DNA of 53,277 bases from a virus (lineage: Duplodnaviria; Caudoviricetes). This document shows, one piece after another, positions 49,111 to 53,277 of this stretch (the first letter of the stretch is position 1; each line of letters begins with the position of its first letter). The stretch covers positions 1 to 53,277 of the IMG/VR virus record IMGVR_UViG_3300031975_001497; one strand, 5' to 3'. Made by a program: the position numbers and the translations under genes. The notes below the pieces were generated by a model. It was not told where the DNA came from. It saw nothing but the letters and a program-made list of their open reading frames with translations, and did no database searches.

Positions 49111-50015
49111 AAGTAGCATTTTTTTCAGAAATAGGTGAGAATAAAAAATTCAAACGAGACCACGCAAACGCACGTACTGATGTTGCTTGGTGTATTGCAC
49201 TTGATGCTCCGATGTGTAGTCTAAGTGATTTACCTGATGAGAAATTTGATTTAGGTATTGTAATTATACCTAAGAAAAACCCAAATGTTGATTTAGATTT
49301 CATAAGAAAATGTTGTGATAAAGTAGCAGTAATGCAAGAGGGACCACATTGGTTTTTTCAAGACTATCAAGTAGAGTGGCAATTTCATTATTACAATACA
49401 TTAATGAAAGCTGATTGGATATATTGTCACAATGAATCAGATTTGAGATATTATCAAGGATTAGGTTGTAAAGATATCAGAGTTATGCGAAGTCTAATGA
49501 TACCAGAAGGACTACTACCAAGAAGTGAATCTGGTGATGCAACAATCATTGGTGGTAACTTTGTAAGTTGGTACGGTGGGTTTGATTCTTATATGGTTGC
49601 ACGAAACATCGGAGACCCAATATATTCACCGTCAATGGGTAGAAAACAACCACAAGAAGATTTAATTGAAGATATAAATTATTTAAATTATATGGACTGG
49701 AGAGATTGGATTGATGAATTATCACAATTCAATATAGGTGTTCATCTGATGAGAACACATGCAGCAGGGACATTTGCAATGAATTGTGCATTTCACGGTA
49801 TACCTTGTATTGGTTACAAAGGTTTAGATACACAAGAATTATTACATCCATTAACTACTGTGAATGTAGGTGATATAATGAGTGCCCAATTATACGGTGA
49901 CAAACTAAAAAATGACATTGAATTTTACGATGAATGTAGTGTAACTTCACGAAAGATGTTTGATAAGTTTTATACAGAAGAAGCCTGGAAAGAAAATTGG
50001 AATAAACAATTCTAA
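49107..50015 (+). CDS. Putative GT-B glycosyltransferase-like protein
   Basis: ATG 49107 after GGAGG; AAGTFAMNCAFHGIPCIG resembles the GT-B C-terminal motif. Confidence 0.55.
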   Translation: MKVAFFSEIGENKKFKRDHANARTDVAWCIALDAPMCSLSDLPDEKFDLGIVIIPKKNPNVDLDFIRKCCDKVAVMQEGPHWFFQDYQVEWQFHYYNTLMKADWIYCHNESDLRYYQGLGCKDIRVMRSLMIPEGLLPRSESGDATIIGGNFVSWYGGFDSYMVARNIGDPIYSPSMGRKQPQEDLIEDINYLNYMDWRDWIDELSQFNIGVHLMRTHAAGTFAMNCAFHGIPCIGYKGLDTQELLHPLTTVNVGDIMSAQLYGDKLKNDIEFYDECSVTSRKMFDKFYTEEAWKENWNKQF

Positions 50016-50039
50016 AAGAATATTTATAATTAATAAGTT

Positions 50040-50969
50040 ATGAGTAAGATACCAAACAATATTCACATTATATACGGGTTGTCACCGACATTTGGTTGGG
50101 ATGAATATACTCATTTTGTATCAGAAATTGGTAAGACGATGACACGACCAAAAGCTGATGTCTTTAATATAATACGATATCTTACAATCAAATCAGCATA
50201 CGATGTAAATAATCCAGACAACATATTTTTTTACTATAAACACAAACCATATGGTGAGTGGTGGGATAGAGCTTTAGATTACATAACACCAGTCGAAATA
50301 GAACCACCTACAGAAATATTTGGTAACCCAGTTAATCACTTTGCTCATCAAGCTGATGTGATACGACTTCAGTTGTTAATTGAAGAAGGTGGTATTTATT
50401 TAGATTCAGATGTTTTGTGTAATAAGTCATTCGAACCTTTATTGAATATTGAAGGTGAACAAGGTGATTTTATTATGTCAAAAGAAGGTGTCAATTTACC
50501 TAAGTTGTCTAACGCAGTTATGTTATCTAAAAAAGATGCTGAGTTTCCAAAGACTTGGTTGAGTAGGTATACTGATTTCAATGATGATGTATGGGTTGAA
50601 CATTCTATAGAACTACCATATAAATTGGCACAAGAATTCCCAGATAAAGTAACAGTTTTAGGGCACAAGTCATTTGCTTGGCCTTTATATCATAGTGAAC
50701 ATCTACGATGGTTTTTTAGAAATGGTGTAGACTATGCAAAGTGTGATTATTCAGATGGTATAGTTAGTCAATTAGGTGGTACATTAACGACAGACGAAAC
50801 ATTTGATGAATCATATGCAATGCATTTATGGACAGGTAAAAGTGTAACGAATGAATTTGTAAAAGATTTTCCTGATAATCCAATGGAAGATTGGATGACA
50901 GTTGAAAATATCAGAAATATAGATACACCTTTTAACAAATTAGCAAGAAGATTCTTGGAGGACATTTAA
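50040..50969 (+). CDS. GT32-like DXD glycosyltransferase
   Basis: IPNNIH, ADVIRL, GGIYLDSDV, NAVM, HLW. Confidence 0.85.
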   Translation: MSKIPNNIHIIYGLSPTFGWDEYTHFVSEIGKTMTRPKADVFNIIRYLTIKSAYDVNNPDNIFFYYKHKPYGEWWDRALDYITPVEIEPPTEIFGNPVNHFAHQADVIRLQLLIEEGGIYLDSDVLCNKSFEPLLNIEGEQGDFIMSKEGVNLPKLSNAVMLSKKDAEFPKTWLSRYTDFNDDVWVEHSIELPYKLAQEFPDKVTVLGHKSFAWPLYHSEHLRWFFRNGVDYAKCDYSDGIVSQLGGTLTTDETFDESYAMHLWTGKSVTNEFVKDFPDNPMEDWMTVENIRNIDTPFNKLARRFLEDI

Positions 50970-51850
50970 TGAAAATATTAATAACGGGTGGTGCAGGTTT
51001 CGTTGGTACGAATCTTATATCAAGATTAGTTGATGAAGGACACGAGGTAGTTTCGTTGGACAACTATTCTACAGGTTCTGAAAAAAATCATCAAGAGGGT
51101 TGTAAGTACATTACCTGTGAATTATCAGATGATATACCAAGGCATGGTGCTTGGGGATTGGTGAGGTTTCAGTTAGATAAACCTGATGTCATTTTTCATA
51201 TGGCAGCTTTGGCAAGAATACAACCATCTATAAAACACCCTCATATAACTCTTCATAATAACTTTATGAGCACTTTAAATATATTAGAATATGCAAGAAA
51301 AAATAATTCTCAATTTATCTATGCTGGGTCAAGTACAAGACATCACGGGATTTATAAAAGTCCATATGCATGGTCAAAGTTAGCAGGTGAAAACTTGTGT
51401 GAGTTGTATAGTAAAATGTATGATTTAAATACTTCTATATGTAGATTTTATAACGTTTATGGAAAGTATCACATTCACTCAGGTGATTATGCTACAGTAC
51501 TTGCTATATTTGAAAGACAATATCTACATAATGAACCGATAACAATTACGAACAAAGGTGAACAAAGAAGAGATTTTACTCACGTAGATGACATTGTTGA
51601 TGCGTTAGTAAGGTGTATTGGTAAAGATTTTAGAGCAGAAGATTTTGAACTAGGTAGTGGTATTAATTTTTCAATTAACGAGATAGCAGATTGTTTTGGT
51701 AAAGACTATCCAAGAGAATATCTCCCAGAAAGACCAGGTGAATATGATATGACACTAGCTGATTCATCAAAAGCAAAAGAATTATTAGACTGGAATCCAA
51801 AACGTAATATAAAGGACTACATTAAAGAATGGCTATTCAACAACAAGTAA
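50969..51850 (+). CDS. NAD-dependent nucleotide-sugar epimerase/dehydratase
   Basis: TGGAGFVG, SPYAWSK, RFYNVYG, RDFTHVDD. Confidence 0.92.
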   Translation: MKILITGGAGFVGTNLISRLVDEGHEVVSLDNYSTGSEKNHQEGCKYITCELSDDIPRHGAWGLVRFQLDKPDVIFHMAALARIQPSIKHPHITLHNNFMSTLNILEYARKNNSQFIYAGSSTRHHGIYKSPYAWSKLAGENLCELYSKMYDLNTSICRFYNVYGKYHIHSGDYATVLAIFERQYLHNEPITITNKGEQRRDFTHVDDIVDALVRCIGKDFRAEDFELGSGINFSINEIADCFGKDYPREYLPERPGEYDMTLADSSKAKELLDWNPKRNIKDYIKEWLFNNK

Positions 51851-52701
51851 CAATAGGTGTTATCGGTAATGGGTTTGTAGGTTCTGCTGTAAGATTCGGT
51901 TTTTCACCAGGAACAGGATGTGACGCTACAGTTAGAATTTACGATAAAGACTCATCAAAATCAGTAGACACCATTGAAGATACTGTAAACAAATCAGAGT
52001 TTATATTTTTGTCAGTACCAACACCATCTAATAAAGATGGTTCAATGAACTTAGATATAGTAAAACGAGCACTACAGGATATTTCAGATATTAATGAACG
52101 TGATGATAATATAGTGTTATTAAGGTCAACTGTGACACCGGGTACAACACGAAAGTTACAAGAACAATTTGATAATTTAAGAATAGTATTTAATCCAGAG
52201 TTTTTAACAGAGAGAAGTGCTAAGTATGATTTTATAAATCAATCAAGAGTTATACTCGGTGGTACTGAAGGAGTTGATAAAACAGCTGAGTTATTTAGAT
52301 GGAGATTTGGTGAATCAATACCTATCATTGAAACAACGTGGGAAACAGCGGAGTTAATTAAATATATGTGTAATTGTTTCTTTGCAACAAAAGTATCATT
52401 TATGAATGAAATGTATCAAATAGCAAAGAAATGTAATGTTGATTGGGAAACAGCGTTAGATGGTTTTGTTAGAGATGGGAGAGTTGGTCATTCACATATG
52501 AATATACCAGGTCCAGATGGTAAGTTAGGGTTTGGTGGTAGTTGTTTTCCAAAAGATATTCAAGCCATCATAAACTTTGGTGAGACATTAGGTATTAATA
52601 TGAATACTGTTAAAGGTGTATGGGAAACAAATTTAGAAGTAAGACCTGAAAGAGATTGGGAAAACTTAAAAGGAAGAGCAGTAGTAGATGAAACCAATTA
52701 G
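51829..52701 (+). CDS. UDP-glucose/GDP-mannose dehydrogenase family, short form
   Basis: GNGFVG, VPTP, STVTPG, NPEFL, AELIKY, GFGGSCFPKD. Confidence 0.88.
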   Translation: MAIQQQVTIGVIGNGFVGSAVRFGFSPGTGCDATVRIYDKDSSKSVDTIEDTVNKSEFIFLSVPTPSNKDGSMNLDIVKRALQDISDINERDDNIVLLRSTVTPGTTRKLQEQFDNLRIVFNPEFLTERSAKYDFINQSRVILGGTEGVDKTAELFRWRFGESIPIIETTWETAELIKYMCNCFFATKVSFMNEMYQIAKKCNVDWETALDGFVRDGRVGHSHMNIPGPDGKLGFGGSCFPKDIQAIINFGETLGINMNTVKGVWETNLEVRPERDWENLKGRAVVDETN

Positions 52702-53277
52702 TTTTATACAACCAAGTAGAAACAATCTAAAATACCTAAAGTGGTCATATGATAGTATCAGAAAGAACTTAGGTTCACATCACGAGATATGTTGGGCAGA
52801 TGATTTCTCAAACGATGGTACTTGGGAATGGATGCAAGAGATAGCAGAGAAAGACTCAAATGTCAAGATACATAGAAATGAAGGTCCTAATAGATTAGGA
52901 CATACTATTCTGTATGATACGTTAGTTAACGATTATGCTACAAATGATATCGTGATGATATATCACGCTGATATGTATGCTTGTCCTTACCTTGATGAAC
53001 AAATTTTAAAACTAATAAAACCTGGGACAGTAGTATCAGCTACTAGAATAGAACCACCACTACACCCAGACGGACCTGAAAAGATACTAAAAGACTTTGG
53101 TATTGAACCTGAAGAATTTGATGAACAAAAATTATATGAGTTCCTAAACACTACAGACACAGGAGCAAAACCAACTCGTGGTATATTTGCTCCATGGGCT
53201 ATATATAAAGATGACTTTCAAGCAATAAATGGACACGACCCATTATACGCACCACAGTCAAAAGAGGATAGTGATAT
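52688..53277 (+). CDS. GT2-family glycosyltransferase, 3'-truncated by the window end
   Basis: MKPISFIQPSRNNLKYL...ADDFSNDGT...YHADM; open to the window end. Confidence 0.82.
   Translation, partial: MKPISFIQPSRNNLKYLKWSYDSIRKNLGSHHEICWADDFSNDGTWEWMQEIAEKDSNVKIHRNEGPNRLGHTILYDTLVNDYATNDIVMIYHADMYACPYLDEQILKLIKPGTVVSATRIEPPLHPDGPEKILKDFGIEPEEFDEQKLYEFLNTTDTGAKPTRGIFAPWAIYKDDFQAINGHDPLYAPQSKEDSD

Noticed and set aside
756-50965. All minus-strand ORFs in the track (60-112 aa) and the + strand ORF 31537-31770
   Set aside because: They lie within or across well-supported + strand genes and show no recognisable motifs; they are shadow ORFs.
1-53277. CRISPR array, tRNA or rRNA genes
   Set aside because: No regularly spaced repeats or cloverleaf-like sequence seen; intergenic gaps are short and mostly explained by promoters or micro-ORFs. 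Not verified by software.
1-53277. Alternative genetic code (stop-codon reassignment)
   Set aside because: Genes are full length in the standard code, and TAA, TAG and TGA all serve as stops at sensible gene ends.
19993-53277. Cellular O-antigen or capsule locus
   Set aside because: It is contiguous and co-oriented with a T4-like replication module, has similar composition, is interspersed with small phage-type ORFs, and lacks wzx/wzy/wzm/wzt.

Overview
AT-rich fragment of a large dsDNA tailed phage, probably a T4-like or jumbo type. All credible genes are on the + strand, tightly packed and often translationally coupled; GGAG/GAGG Shine-Dalgarno sites indicate a bacterial host. About 1-1.6 kb: end of a probable structural region. 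About 1.7-20 kb: replication, recombination and nucleotide module (ThyX, a reduced family-A polymerase-like protein, a restriction-like nuclease, gp32-like SSB, RecA/UvsX, 5'-3' flap exonuclease, DnaB/gp41-like helicase, class II RNR, family-B DNA polymerase, sliding clamp, clamp-loader subunits, DUF1599, Cas4-like nuclease, SLOG protein). About 20 kb to the window end: a >33 kb glycan biosynthesis and modification island (many glycosyltransferases, Gmd/Fcl, two DegT aminotransferases, carbamoyltransferase, methyltransferases, a B12 radical SAM enzyme, and a cytidylyltransferase + HMGL-aldolase + Maf-like cassette). The most notable observations are a thumb-less PolA-like protein with an altered steric gate beside a full PolB, a possible NeuB-independent ulosonic-acid glycosylation cassette, a probable ATA start codon for PolB, a repeated palindromic promoter/operator, and a structured intergenic element between ssb and recA. 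All calls come from motif recognition by eye; no searches were run.
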